From the NCBI RefSeq assembly GCF_963921235.1, contig NC_086097.1:15810001-15874000 (forward strand): a DNA stretch of 64,000 nucleotides, read 5' to 3'. How positions within the stretch are numbered: the first letter of the stretch is position 1; every line of letters starts with the position of its first letter. Shown here piece after piece: positions 51,933 to 64,000 of the stretch. This stretch comes from Mobula hypostoma. Lineage: Eukaryota. Under the pieces are notes generated by a model that worked only from the letters and a program-made list of their open reading frames with translations, made no database searches and was not told the DNA's origin. The position numbers and the translations under genes are program-made.

Positions 51933-52067
51933 CAACACCGTGGTTGCTAGTTCCAGTTTTTATTGGTTTGCTGTTTGTTGTTGTACTGGGGATCAGCACA
52001 GAGTTTCTAAAGGATTGCTGCAAGAAAGCCATGAAGGGGAAAAAGAAAGCTGTCACCAAAGAAACGA
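51933..52067 (+). CDS. TC2N: TC2N-like exon encoding hydrophobic helix plus STEFLKDCCKK motif
   Basis: Acceptor cttttcccatctctttcAG (51931-32), donor GTAAGT at 52068. Translation (A)TPWLLVPVFIGLLFVVVLGISTEFLKDCCKKAMKGKKKAVTKET; ISTEFLKDCC resembles the human TC2N N-terminus MATEFIKSCC as I recall it. Confidence 0.85.
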
Positions 52068-52254
52068 GTAAGTATTCTTTTGCTATCCACAGTGATTTTT
52101 TTTTGTTTGATAAAATTGGGGTTTGTGATATGATAATGCAGATAATGATAATGCATGGTAATGGACAAACAAGAGAAAATCTGCAGATGCTGGAAATCCA
52201 AGCAACACACATGGTAATGGACAGAATGCACTTGCTTAAAAAACATGCTCTTCT

Positions 52255-52530
52255 CACAATAATAATCTGCTCTTCTATTATTCCTTCCGAAGTGGATGAT
52301 CTCACATTGTATTCCATCTGCCAGACCTTGGTCCACTCACTTAACCTAACTATATCCCTCTGCAGACTCTCCACATCCTCTGTACAACTTGCTTTTCCAC
52401 TCAGTTTAGTGTCATCAGCAAATTTTGCTACACAACACTCAGTGCCGTCTTCCAAATCATCAATGTAAATAGTAAACAGCTGCGGGCACAGCATCGACCC
52501 CTGAGGCACCCCTCTCACACTGACTGCCAC
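52255..52530 (-). mobile_element. CR1 RT fragment in TC2N-like intron
   Basis: GVPQGSMLCPQLFTIYIDDL..KFADDTKL..WQMEYN. Confidence 0.85.
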
Positions 52531-53252
52531 TGACGTAGTTTTAAATACTATGTGATAACATTGAATAAAATGGAAAAATAACAACAACAATTGCAATGTC
52601 CACTTCTGAGGCAGTCTCTTCGGGTTGAGAATGACTTGGTTCCACACTGAATTTGTGGGTTTTGAGGTGACAGAGGATGTTGTGAGAATTACTGGCTCTT
52701 CCAGTGACGTGGCAGTGAGTGGGGATTTTGTAACGCGATGCATCCCTCTGCAAGGTTCCTCTGAGCTTCTGATGCCTCTGTTCTCAGTAGCATCACAAAT
52801 GCTCCTCCCCCATTTTGAGCATTTCAAGATTCAAGATTGTTTACTGTCACAAAACCCTTCAAACCTCCTCAAAACCAGTTCTCCTGCCAACAGTGCATCA
52901 TTCTATTACACTGTGTGTCACCTGAAGCTCTAGTCCCTGCTTCCAGTCAACGGTTGCCTTCTTCCCTACTAGTAATTGGTGGGGAAATTGTTGATGCTAG
53001 TCATGAAATAAGATCTGAGAAGTAAAATCACCGGAGTACAGCGCATTCTTATACGACTAACCCCTGTCATCCGGTATTGGGAGGTCTTGTCATGGGTGTA
53101 ACTTCTAAATTTCCATGAATTCTGAAATCTCTTTTAACCTCATTTTACCTTATTTTTCAAGAATTCACTTACTGATTATAAATACCACAGCAATTCTAAC
53201 TTAGTTAAGTATGTTGGTGATAATTACTGGTGGCATTTTTTTTTGCTTGTAA

Positions 53253-53522
<270 letters not shown>

Positions 53523-53599
53523 TAATTTTTGTGAGTCTAATCTCCATAAATGATGACAATAGTGACATAAACAGCGTCTAATAAATATTTAATGTCATT

Positions 53600-53870
53600 A
53601 AACTAGAAGGGAGCAAAGAGATTCATGAGGATGTTAATGAAACTGGAGGGATTGAATTATGAGGAGAGTCTGGATAGGCTGGGACTTTTTTTTTCCTGGA
53701 GTGAAAGGGGCTAACTTTATAGAGGTTTATAAAATCATAAGGGGTGTAGGTAAGTTGCATGCACAGTCTTTTCCCCTGCATAGGGGAGTACAAAATTAGA
53801 GGGTGGAAAAAGGAACAGTCAAAAGAGACTCGAGAAGCATTTTCTCCATGCAGAGGGTGATAGGTGTATT
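53600..53870 (+). mobile_element. CR1 3' fragment, decayed
   Basis: gagattcatgaggatgtt..tatgaggagag..tagaggtttataaaatcat. Confidence 0.7.
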
Positions 53871-54103
53871 TATATGTGGGTGTGTGTGTGTGTGTGTGTA
53901 TACTGTAAGCTGTTTTTTATATCACTTTCTGCATGGGTTAATCTTGATTTGATTTGAAGTACGTAGTGGAAAGATATCCATCTCCATCCTCTCTTTATTT
54001 GCCCTTGAAACCACAATATTTATCTGTGAGTCTTAAGTTTTTGTTAATATCGGTAAACATTTTGTAAATACACTACTGTGGCAAAGTTTTAGGCACTCCA
54101 GGT

Positions 54104-54331
54104 CAGTGGTCCCCAACCACCAGGCCGCGGACCAGTATTGGGCTGCAAATCATGTGCTACTGGGCCGCGAGGAAACAATATGATTTGGCGATATGAAACG
54201 ATATGAGTCAGCTGCACCTTTCCTCATTCCCTGTCACGCACCGTTAAACTTGAACAACACCCCCCCTCCCCCCCACCCCCCCCCCCCCCCCGTCGGCCGG
54301 TCCGCAGTGCAAAAAAGGCTGGGGACCCCTG
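54104..54331. mobile_element. hAT-Charlie-type MITE
   Basis: TIRs cagtggtccccaacc / ggctggggacccctg; 8-bp flanks ctccaggt and ctcgagat (6/8 match, near the NTCTAGAN preference). Confidence 0.75.
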
Positions 54332-54361
54332 CTCGAGATAGATATGTATCTACCTAAGGTA

Positions 54362-54397
<36 letters not shown>

Positions 54398-54799
54398 CTA
54401 TAACACTTTTGCACAATACCATACAGTGATCCAAATTTTAGTCTGAGAGTCTTAACCAGGGAGATAGAGGGGTTTAGAGAGAATATTTCAAAATCCGAGG
54501 TGCAATGGGAGGCTGAAGATGAGGTTGGAAACACCGAGTGAGGGGGAGAACTAGAGATCAGATGGAAGACTAGAGTTTGTGGCAGAGTGCAGGGGATGAT
54601 TGTGGCATCAGATGAAGATACAGAGGTGTGGATGCAGTGGGTTTTAAACCTAAGAATGGGAAATTTTAAACAACAGCTTGCTAAGGGTCCATTCTTGGGG
54701 AGGACTGGTCCAAACTAATCTGTCAGTTGGATCATTATGATTAATGGATAGAGATGGAACACAAACAGTTTTCTCACACTTAATTATTTTGACTGCCAG

Positions 54800-54970
54800 T
54801 TCTCTCAAGAGCTCAGTACAATGAAAGAAAACTGGAGCTGTCCAATTCACTTCAAAATATGCCAGATATCGATGATGTGTACAACCCCAATTATATGATC
54901 CCTAACATCATGCCAGGATCTGGGAGACAAGTACTACCCAAGGGGAAAGCAGGAAGCCCTAGTGGATCAG
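54800..54970 (+). CDS. TC2N: TC2N-like exon
   Basis: Acceptor ttttgactgccAG, donor GTAAGG at 54971, phase 1/1. (V)LSRAQYNERKLELSNSLQNMPDIDDVYNPNYMIPNIMPGSGRQVLPKGKAGSPSGS aligns with recalled TC2N ARASFGDRKVELS...YDVYNPFYM. Confidence 0.9.
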
Positions 54971-56467
54971 GTAAGGAATAGGTTTGAATTAATTGTCACT
55001 TTGGAAATGAGTACAGAGGGTGATGTGGTTCCGAACAGTAACAAGGGTGTGTCTTGGTGAGAAATGCCTGAAGACTAGATAGAAGAAATAGATTAAAAAG
55101 GTAAGATTACAAAGAAATGTAAAGGAACAGATTCTGAGGGGAATGTCGGGATCAGGTATGTAAGTTGCATGTTATCTCCTGTGATAATTTTAAAATCGAA
55201 AAATGTCAAATCTCAAATAACTGTCCAATTGCGCACTTTATTTGCATCCTCTAAACAGCCCGAGTTGATGGACTATCATACTGGATCTGAGCCATTACTC
55301 CCAGATGGGATACACTCTGCTCTTGTATCAGCTGACGTTTAATGTTTGTCAAGTCACCTGAGCATTCGGCCACATCCGATGATGGTCTGATGTCCTGGAC
55401 TCTCAAAAAAGTGACAGGCCTTTGGCACTCTGTGGTGATTATTTGGCTCTCTATACAGTTCCTATCTTCTGCTCTTCAGCAATTCTGAGAATAGATGTAA
55501 CATCACCTTATCATATACGATGAACACCTCATTATATTTCTCTGGATTTGTTGGGTTCACCAGTATCTCCACAGTGGGCTGCAGGGTAGCCTTGTGGTGT
55601 TGCTTTTTACTGCATCGCTTCAGATTTGTTGGTTTGCTTCAGGAGGAGTTTAAAAGTTGCTCCGAAGTGGAAACGAAATGTGAGTGGGTGAGCTTTTTGC
55701 CATCATCTTCCTGTGGATGAACACAATGGCTGACCTTTTAATTAGGTCCATTTACGTTCAGCTGATGCTCTGAACCTGAAACTGTTTCTGTCACTCCACG
55801 GCTCATCTCAACCACTGCGTGAACTTCTGGTATCTTCATTCGTACTGTTTGTAGAAAAGACTTCCCAATCCATATTCCCAATCTTTTAATTGTGTATTAC
55901 CATTCTCTGCTCCTGTAGCCTGTGTACTGCACCTTAACATGTGTCAGTTGTGGTCTGTCTGGTGTAGCCTGGCTTATTATAGGGCGTAATCTCTTCTTGC
56001 ATTCTGGCCGTTCTTGGAAACCAACGGTTGGTGGTTTTATTTGCACCTTTATGCTCTGTCTCTTGTTTTCTGGTGCATGTCCACCTGTTACTTCAGTCAG
56101 GATTTCTAGATCTTGTTATTTCATTAAGGAGCCCTTATAGTACCATATATCAGTATCGATTTCCAAGATACTGGAGGCTAGTCATTCAGCTAAATGAGCA
56201 CTGTGCTTTATTAACTAAGCCCACAGGAATAGAGAGAGCCGTTTGTTTACTGTGTGACCATTCCCAGAGACAAGTGAGCAGCTTTATTACAGAGGGACTT
56301 TGTGGATACTTCTTGCTAAACATCGTTGCTTCTTCTTAAATGTCATTCTCACATATACAGAGAATGAGCTGGTTATATACCACAGTTGTTAGTCAAGCAC
56401 ACCCAGTTTTAAAAACCGTTGTGCTAAATGTGGGCATTTGTTGTGCTGAAGTTTCAGAATTCATTTA

Positions 56468-57352
56468 AGACCGTAAGCTATAGGAGCAGAATTAGGTCAT
56501 TTGGCCCATCAAGTCTGCTCCGTCAATTCATCACAGGTGATCCATTTTCTCTCTCAACCCCAATGTCCTGCCTTGTACCTGTATCCCTTCATACCCTGAC
56601 CAGTTAAAAATCTAGTAATCGCCGCCTTAAGTATACACTATGACTTGGCCTCCATAGCCACCTGCTGCAATGAATTCCACAGATTCACCACTCGCTAACT
56701 AGAGATATTATTCCTCATCTCCATTCTAAAAGGACACCCCTCTATTCTGAGGCGGTGTCCTCTGGCCGTAGACTCCCCCACCTCAGGAAACATCCTCTCT
56801 GCATCCACTCTATTGAGGCCTTTCAACATTTGATAGGTTTCAATCAGGCCATCACTAATTCTTACTAAAAACAGGCCCAGAGCTATCAAACGCTCTTCAT
56901 ATGACAAGCCATTTGATCCTGGAATACTTTTCAAGAACCTTCTTTGACCCCTCTCCAATGTCAGCACATCCTTTCTTAGATAAGGCACCAAAAATTGCGT
57001 TTTTTTTAAAAAGTGTGTCGCACCAGACAGTCAGCCATTCTTGACTGGCGCATAGTGTCAGGATTGGTCTCCTTTCAGATTAACCGGGTCACGAAATGAA
57101 CATTCCTTACTTGACCCCTTTTTTTTTTACGAGGCCGAGTGCCTAGCCCAACGCTCAACCCGGCACGGATGGAAAGCGTGCACGGGGGGGGGGGGGGCAA
57201 CTTGGATTCGAACTCGGGAGCCTTCGCTCCGGAGTCCGGCGCTGATGCCATTGCGCCACCAGCCGGCCTACCTAAAATTGCTCACAGTACTCCAAGTGAG
57301 GCCTCACCTGTGCTTTACACAGCTTCGACATTACATCCTTGCTTTCAAATTC
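56468..57352 (-). mobile_element. CR1 3' fragment interrupted by a SINE
   Basis: PYLRKDVLTLER, LSYEERL, LIETYQMLKG, ARGHRL. Confidence 0.88.
56999..57273 (-). mobile_element. Young tRNA-derived SINE
   Basis: Minus strand ggccggctggTGGCGCAATGGcatcagcgccggactccgg...GTTCGAATCC; internal A-run and terminal A-tail; TSD aaaattgc (56991-98 and 57274-81). Confidence 0.88.
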
Positions 57353-57459
57353 TTTCTGACCTGTGCACTAATAATCAGGAGAACCAAATGCAAATCTGGA
57401 TATTGTAGAATTTAAAGCTAGTTTTTAAACCAGAACTTTAGAGACATGAGAGTGGTTCC

Positions 57460-58330
57460 TGGGCCTGCCACATTGTCAGAAACACAAAGAAAGAATGCCA
57501 GCATCTCTACTTCATCCGGAGCCTGAGATTTTGTATGTCTGCAAAGACAAGCAAATTTGTATAGCTGTACCATTGAGAGTATTCTGACTGCTTGCTTCAC
57601 TGCCCGTGTGGAGGCTCCAATGTGCAGCATCAGAAGAAGCTGCAGGGGTTAGTCATAGTCATAGCCATACTTTATTGATCCCGGGGGAAATTGGTTTTCG
57701 TTACAGTTGCACCATAAATAATTAAATAGTAATAAAACCATAAATAGTTAAATAGTAATATGTAAACTATGCCAGGAAATAAGTCCAGGACCAGCCTATT
57801 GGCTCAGGGTGTCTGACCCTCCAAGGGAGGAGTTGTAAAGTTTGATGGCCACAGGCAGGAATGACTTCCTATGATGCTGTGTGTTGAATCGCGGTGGAAT
57901 GACTCAGCCAGCAGGTTCACAGTCACCACCCTTCCCATCATCGAGGACATCTTCATGAGGCGTTTCCTCAGGAAGGCAGCATCATCATTAAAGACCCTCC
58001 CCACCCAGGGCATGCCCTCTTCTCATTGCTACCTCCGGGGAGGAGGTACAGGAGCCTGAAGACCTGGACCCAAGTGTTTTAGGAACGGATGCTTCACATC
58101 TGCCAGCAGATTTCTGAATGGTCCATCGTCACTACTTCATGATTCCTCTTTTGCATCTTTTTATTGATTTTTAAAATTTAAACTTGTAGTTTTATTTCTG
58201 GCCTGCACTGTTCTGCTGCCACAAAACGACAAATTTCGCCACGTGTGCCGATGGCAATAAAGCTGATAGTCATAGTCATACTTAATTGATCCCGGGGGAA
58301 ATTGGTTTTACTATGCTGGTTCTGATTCAG
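57460..58330 (+). mobile_element. Decayed Rex1-like 3' fragment with a nested minus-strand Rex1-like end (57650-57903)
   Basis: LYSCTIESILTAC remnant, KAASIIKD..HPGHALF; nested copy matches 41130-41390. Confidence 0.75.
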
Positions 58331-59974
58331 TCTGCTGTCGGATGGACAGCTCCCTGATCACCAGCATGGTCCAGATCATGGTCTTTCATGACGTGACGTA
58401 AATGTGTTCTAGCGTGACTTGCCGCTACCAATGCTGTCACTGCTGTTAATTGCCCCCATCTCTGACATTTAGAAGTTTTCAAGAGGTTTCAAATTATAAA
58501 AGTAACATTAAAAAGAAATAATAGAAAGACTAATTGCAGATTCACTTTCAACGACATTTTACAACTCAGGTTCTCATTTCTATTTTATTTGTACAGTTTG
58601 TCTTTTGTACATTGGTTGTTCATCAGTCTTTGTGAGTGCTTTTTCATAGATCTATCTTATTTCTTTTTTCCCTGTAAATACCTGCAAGAAAATTAATCTC
58701 AATGGTAACATATATGTACTTTGATAATAAATTTACTTTGAACATTGAACTGAATGAAATCAAATACGAAGGTCCACTTACTCATCTGTCCTTGTTCATG
58801 TCAGTTGTATATCCTATTGATTTTAGGCTTGGTGGACTGATTTCACATCATAGTAGAAGATGCTAAAGCCAGCAATGGTCTTTGGGACATTTGTGAAGAA
58901 AGTTATGGATTTCTTCTAAGTACCAGTGCTGGCTTGCAACACAGATTGCAATTTTGAGGATTTCCTGAGATAGACTCTAAATGCAAGAGATTCTATTTAC
59001 TCTGTGCATTAAAGACATGCTTGACTCAACATAGCCCTAAAGAAAAATGTAGCATTGTTTGATGTTACATACCAAAGTTAGTATTCAAGAAGTTTGCCTT
59101 AGGTGATATTCCATCAATCAAAACATGCAGCTACCTCAAACAACACAAAACACAAACCAGTGTCAGGTATGATGCCTTAATTGCAATAAACAACTTGCAC
59201 AATAGTAACAAATCCTTTAAATGGGTGAAGAGGCAGTTTGTCTGATTCAGACAGAGTAGCTTCAAAAGCCAGTCTATAATCTGAAGAAAGGAAAATTGGA
59301 AGCATGAAATCTTGAGGCACTTAATCTAAATTGAAATAGCTGCATTATCCAAGATGTTGTCTTTATTCCTGATGAGACCTTGAATCAACATTTTCCCTTT
59401 CAAGTGGTTATAATAGCTCTGAAGCATTATTTGAAGAATACTATGCCATTTCATAGTTCAGAATAAATTTATCATCTAAGTATATCATGTATCAGCATAT
59501 ACAACCCTGAGATTCATTTTCTTGGGGGCCTAATCAATAAATCCATAATGGAATAATTACAGTAACAGAATCAATAAAAGACCACACCAACTTGGGCATT
59601 CAAACAGTGTACAACAGACAACAAACTGAGCAAATACAAAAATAAAGAGATAATAAATAAATGAGCAATAAGTATGAAGAATATGAAATGAAGAGTATCC
59701 TGACCAATATTTATTCCTTCAGCCAGTATGAGCAAACAGCTAATTGATCAAATTGCTTTTGATTTGCCTTTAATAATTCAACACCTTTGGTACTTTGGCA
59801 GTGCAGGTCTAGTAGATTTTCTGAACTATTGGACTGGAGAAATCAACAAACACACTTTAATTCCATTTTTGTTTCATTATACAGTGGTGTAATAGATTTT
59901 CCAGCAAACTGTTAGCTTAATGGGAGGAAGAAATACACATGCACTCTGGATCCTGGTTCTACTTGCAAACTTAG

Positions 59975-60680
59975 GATCAGAATCAGGTTTAATATCACCG
60001 GCATACGTCATGAAATTGGTTTTTATGTGCAGCAGTACATTGCAATACATAATAAAAGCTGTAAATTGTGGTAGGAGCTATATAAATTAAATACGTAGTG
60101 TAGAAAGAGGGAGATGAAGTAGTGGGGCAATGTTCATGGGGTCAATGTCTATTCAGAAATTGGATGGCAGAGGAGAAGAAGCTATTCGTGAATCATTGAG
60201 TGTGTGCCTTGAGGATTCTGTACCTGTTCCTTCCTGATGGTAGCAATGAGAAGAGGGCATGCACTGGGTGATAGGGGTCTTTAATGATGGATGCTGCCTT
60301 TTTGAGGCATCATTTTTTTGAAGATGTCCTCTGTGCTGGGGAGACTAGATGATCAGACTCCATGATGGAGCTGACTGAGTTTGCAACTTTCTGCAGCTTG
60401 TATCAGTCCTGTGTGGTGCCACCACTCACCATACCAGACGGTGATGCGGTCGGTTAGAATGCTCTCCACGATCGATCTGTAGAAATTTGTGAGTGTCTTT
60501 GGTGACACACCAAATCTCCTCAAACTCCTAATGAAGTATAGCTGCTTTTGTGCCTTCTTTGTGGCTGCGTCGAAATGTTGGGTCCAGATTAGTTCCTCAG
60601 ATATTGACACACAGGAACTTGAAATAGCTTACTCTCTCCGCTTCTGATCAATCGATGGATGAGGGCAGGGGCGTGTTCCC
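59975..60680 (-). mobile_element. Rex1-like LINE 3' fragment
   Basis: KKAQKQLYFIRSLRRFG..NFYRSIVESILT; (tcagaa)n tail. Confidence 0.85.
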
Positions 60681-61214
60681 TCGTCTTACTCTCAATCTTA
60701 ACCCCTAGTGTACCAGACCCCATCTCCAGCCATTCATTGGCCCACAGGCTGAACCCCAGTCCTTGCTGCACTCCAGACTATCACTCACCCAGTTGTACTT
60801 GGGTCCATCAGCTCAAATGCTGGATTTAACAGTGAATTAAAATGTCATGCCATAAGGATTTCTGAGCAGCTGGATTCTGAATTATTGGAGTTTTGCTGTA
60901 CATGAGCAGAGTAATTAACTATTGCTGCTTTTCCAAAAGCAGTCTGTTTTGATTTTTTTTTTAATCTATTTCACCACCACCCTGCACCACACCTTGCAAG
61001 GTGTAACCACAACACTATTTATCACCAAGGCAGCTGACTGCCAGCTCCCTTATTATAAAACACCAGAATATTTAGTGACTTTTGCAATGTCAGGGAAGGT
61101 TCTGAAGAGTGGAAGGATCTAATTTGCTTCGCACCTAATGGTCTCTGTTGTCAGTAATCAAACCCTTTCCACAAATGCAAACAATGGCATATGTGGCTAA
61201 TAATTAAAAATAAA

Positions 61215-61370
61215 CAGGAGAGATTCCACAGATGCTGGAAATTCAGAGCAAAATGCTGGAGGAACTCAGCAGGCTGATGAAGGGTCTCTGCCTGAAATAT
61301 CAACGGGTTATTCTTCTCCATAGACAGTACCTGACCTGCTGAGTTCCTCCAGCATTCTGCGTGTGTTGTA
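61215..61370. mobile_element. Penelope-derived inverted mini-element
   Basis: aatgctggaggaactcagcagg ... cctgctgagttcctccagcatt inverted pair enclosing ctgatgaagggtctc. Confidence 0.75.
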
Positions 61371-61549
61371 ATAAAAAAAATACAAGGTTAATTAGAATAA
61401 TTTTAACTGGTTCATACATCACATTTCCAAAGCTGGTTCAAGAGTAATGTCATCTTTACAAATCATCTGCCTTTTGCTCAAGAATTGAATATCAATTGTA
61501 TAACAGTGACTAAATTACGGGGTGTGAGAATTTGTGTTCTGATCGTTCT

Positions 61550-62950
61550 TAAGAGCATAACACATAGGAGATGAATTAGGCCATTTGGCCCATTGATACT
61601 GGTCTGCCATTCCATAACGGTTGGTCCATCATCTCTCTCAACCCCATTCTCCTGCCTTCTCCCCATAACCCTTGACACCCTGATTAATCAATAACCCATC
61701 AGCCTCCGTCTTAACTATCCCCAGTGACTTGGCCCGTACAGCCATCTAAGGCAATGAATTCCATACATTCACCACCTTCTAGCTAAAGAAATTTTTCCTC
61801 AACTCTGTTCTAAATGGATGTCTTTCAATTATGAGGCTGTGCTCTCTGGTCCTAGACAGCCATACAATAGGAAACATCCTCCCAACACCCACTATATCCA
61901 GACCTTTTAACATTCGATAGGTTGCAATGAGGTCCCCCCCACCCCCCCCCACATTCTTCTAAGCTCCAGTGAGTACTGACCCAGCGCCAACAAACACTAC
62001 ACTACTCATATGTTGACCCTTTCATTCTTCTAGACCCTCTCCAATGCCAGCACATTTTTTCTTTGATAAGGGGCCCAAAGCTCCTCACAATATTCCAAGT
62101 GTGGTGTGACCACTGCCTTATAAAGCTTCAGTATTATATCCTTGCTTTTGTATTCTAGACCTCACAAAATAAATACTGACATTCCTTACCACTGACTCAA
62201 CCTGAAAATTAACCTTTAGGGAATCCTAAAGGATGACTCCCAAGTCCCTGTGAACCTCTGATTTTTGAATATTCTCCCCATTTAGAAAATAATTCGTACT
62301 CTTCTTCCTTCTACCAAAGTGCATGACCATACACTTCCCTACGTTATGTTCCATCTGCAACTTTCTTTTCCCATTCTCCCAATCTGTAAGTTCTTCTGCA
62401 GACACCCTGCTTCCTCAACAATGCCTTCCCCTCCACCTATCTTCATATCATCCGCAAACTTGGCCTCACCACCATCAATTCCTTCATCCTAGTCATTGAA
62501 ATATGATGTGAAAAGAAGCAGTTCCAACACCGACCCCAGCAGTGCACCACTAATCATTAGCAGCCAACCGGAAAAGGCCCTCTTTGTTCCCGCTCTTTGC
62601 TGCTGTCAGTCAGTCAGTCTTCTACACGTACTAGTATCTTTCCTGTGATATCATGGGCTCTTGTTAAGCAGCCTCATGTGTGGCACCTTGTCAAAGGCTG
62701 TCTGAAAATCCAAATAAACAACGTCCACTGATACTCGTTTGTCTCTCTTGCTTGTAATTTCCTCAAAGAATTCCAACAGATTTGTCAGGTAAGATTTCCC
62801 CTTTAGAAAACCATGCTGACTTCCGGTAAGTACCCTGAAACTTCATCCTTATTAATAGGCTCCGATCACTGAAGTTGGGCTAACTGGCCTAAAATTTCCC
62901 TTCTTCTGCCTCCCTCCCTTAAAGAGGAAGATAGCAATTTCCTTCAGGAG
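61550..62950 (-). mobile_element. CR1 fragment (RT to tail)
   Basis: Reverse complement collinear with 12380-13608. Confidence 0.88.
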
Positions 62951-63056
62951 ACCATGTATCTTTGTAGACAGCAAGAGGGACAGCTACATATGATCTTTAT
63001 GATGGCTACAATATGATTACCTTGTCTTACAAACACATATGTGCCTCCTTTTTCAG

Positions 63057-63142
63057 CATGGGAACTGAGAAGTCCAAAACTGAGCAATGCACAAGGTTTA
63101 AGCAGTTCCACGTCGGATCTCTCGTCTGGCCAGCGAACACAG
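63057..63142 (+). CDS. TC2N: TC2N-like exon (last one in window; gene continues downstream)
   Basis: Acceptor cctcctttttcAG, donor GTAAGT at 63143, phase 1/0. (A)WELRSPKLSNAQGLSSSTSDLSSGQRTQ aligns with recalled TC2N [30 protein letters not shown]. Confidence 0.88.
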
Positions 63143-63274
63143 GTAAGTTTATATATGAGTTCAGCAACCAGTCTCGATCACCTTGTTAAAATCCACTGTC
63201 AATAATAGAGACGTAGCTCCTAGAACTTGCCAAGTGGGTGGTGGTGTGCAAAACACTACGAGACATTATGTAAA

Positions 63275-64000
63275 AGACTAGAATATAAAAGCAAGGATGT
63301 AAAGCCTGAGGCCCTATAAGGCATTGGTCAGACTGCACTTGGAGTATTGTGAGCAGTTTTGGGCCTCTTGGCTCAGAAAAGATGTGCTGGTATTGGAGAA
63401 AGTGCATAGGAGGTTCATGAGAGTGACTCTGGGAATAGAAACATAGAAACATAGAAACATAGAAAATAGGTGCAGGAGTAGGCCATTCGGCCCTTCGAGC
63501 CTGCACCGCCATTTATTATGATCATGGCTGATCATCCATGGGGAGGGGAATGAAAGGGTTAAAGTATAAGGACCCTTTAGGCCTGTACTCGCTAGAGTTT
63601 AAAAGAATGAGGGGGCATCTCAATGAAACCTACCAAATGTTGAAAGGCCTCAACAGAGTGGATGTGGAGAGGATGCTTTCAACGGTGGGTGAGTCTAAGA
63701 CCAAAGGACATAGCTTCCGAACAGAAGGATGTCCCCTGAGAGATGATGAGGAGGAATTTCTTTAGCCCGAGCGTAGTGAATCTGTGGAATTCATTGCAAC
63801 AGATGGCTATGGAGGCCACGTCATTTGGTATATTTAAAGTGGAGGTTGATAGGTTCTTGGTTAGTGAGGGCATCGTAGAATGGGGGGAGAAAACAAGAGA
63901 ATGGGGTTGAGAAGGATAATAAATCAGCCATGATGGAATAGTGGAGCAGATTCAATGGGCTGAATGGCCTAATTCTGTGCCTATGTCTTTTGGTCTTATA
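63275..64000 (+). mobile_element. CR1 3' fragment with a nested antisense CR1 tail (63435-63537, (atagaaac)n)
   Basis: LGLYSLEFKRMRGHLNETYQMLKG, TKGHSF; tail cctaattctgtgcctatgtcttttggtct. Confidence 0.88.

Noticed and set aside
51721..52071. 116-aa hydrophobic ORF overlapping the TM exon in another frame
   Set aside because: No similarity to TC2N in this frame, and it does not splice in phase with the downstream conserved exons.
51904..52827. 307-aa minus-strand ORF
   Set aside because: Chance read-through joining a CR1 RT fragment, a Penelope snippet and the antisense of a TC2N-like exon.
57195..57268. Functional tRNA gene (also 10890-10965)
   Set aside because: Acceptor and T stems do not pair properly, and each head is attached to a SINE body, tail and TSD.

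Overview
Eukaryotic, repeat-dense vertebrate DNA. The retroelement mix (CR1, Rex1/Babar, V-SINE, Penelope-like, RTE-related) suggests a cartilaginous fish, probably a ray or skate; this is inferred, not shown. The only host gene I can support is the 5' part of a TC2N (Tac2-N, tandem C2 domains nuclear protein)-like gene on the + strand. It has five phase-compatible coding exons (46821-46854, 51933-52067, 53263-53454, 54800-54970, 63057-63142), and the C2-domain exons must lie beyond the window. The most notable observation is that the spliced protein begins with a short N-terminus, an 18-residue hydrophobic helix and a Cys/Lys-rich juxtamembrane stretch. That is a synaptotagmin-type membrane anchor, which mammalian TC2N lacks, and the position matching the mammalian start Met is an ATC (Ile) codon here. 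A CpG-rich non-repeat patch near 16.6-16.9 kb may be the promoter/first exon. The rest is mostly decayed or nested mobile elements: Penelope-like copies with minimal hammerhead ribozymes and a GIY-YIG ORF, an L1 fragment, Harbinger and hAT MITEs, several SINE families, and a 1-kb CpG-rich 39-bp minisatellite that produces spurious long ORFs. There is no prokaryotic system or CRISPR array. Repeat boundaries were read by eye and are approximate unless TSDs are given.
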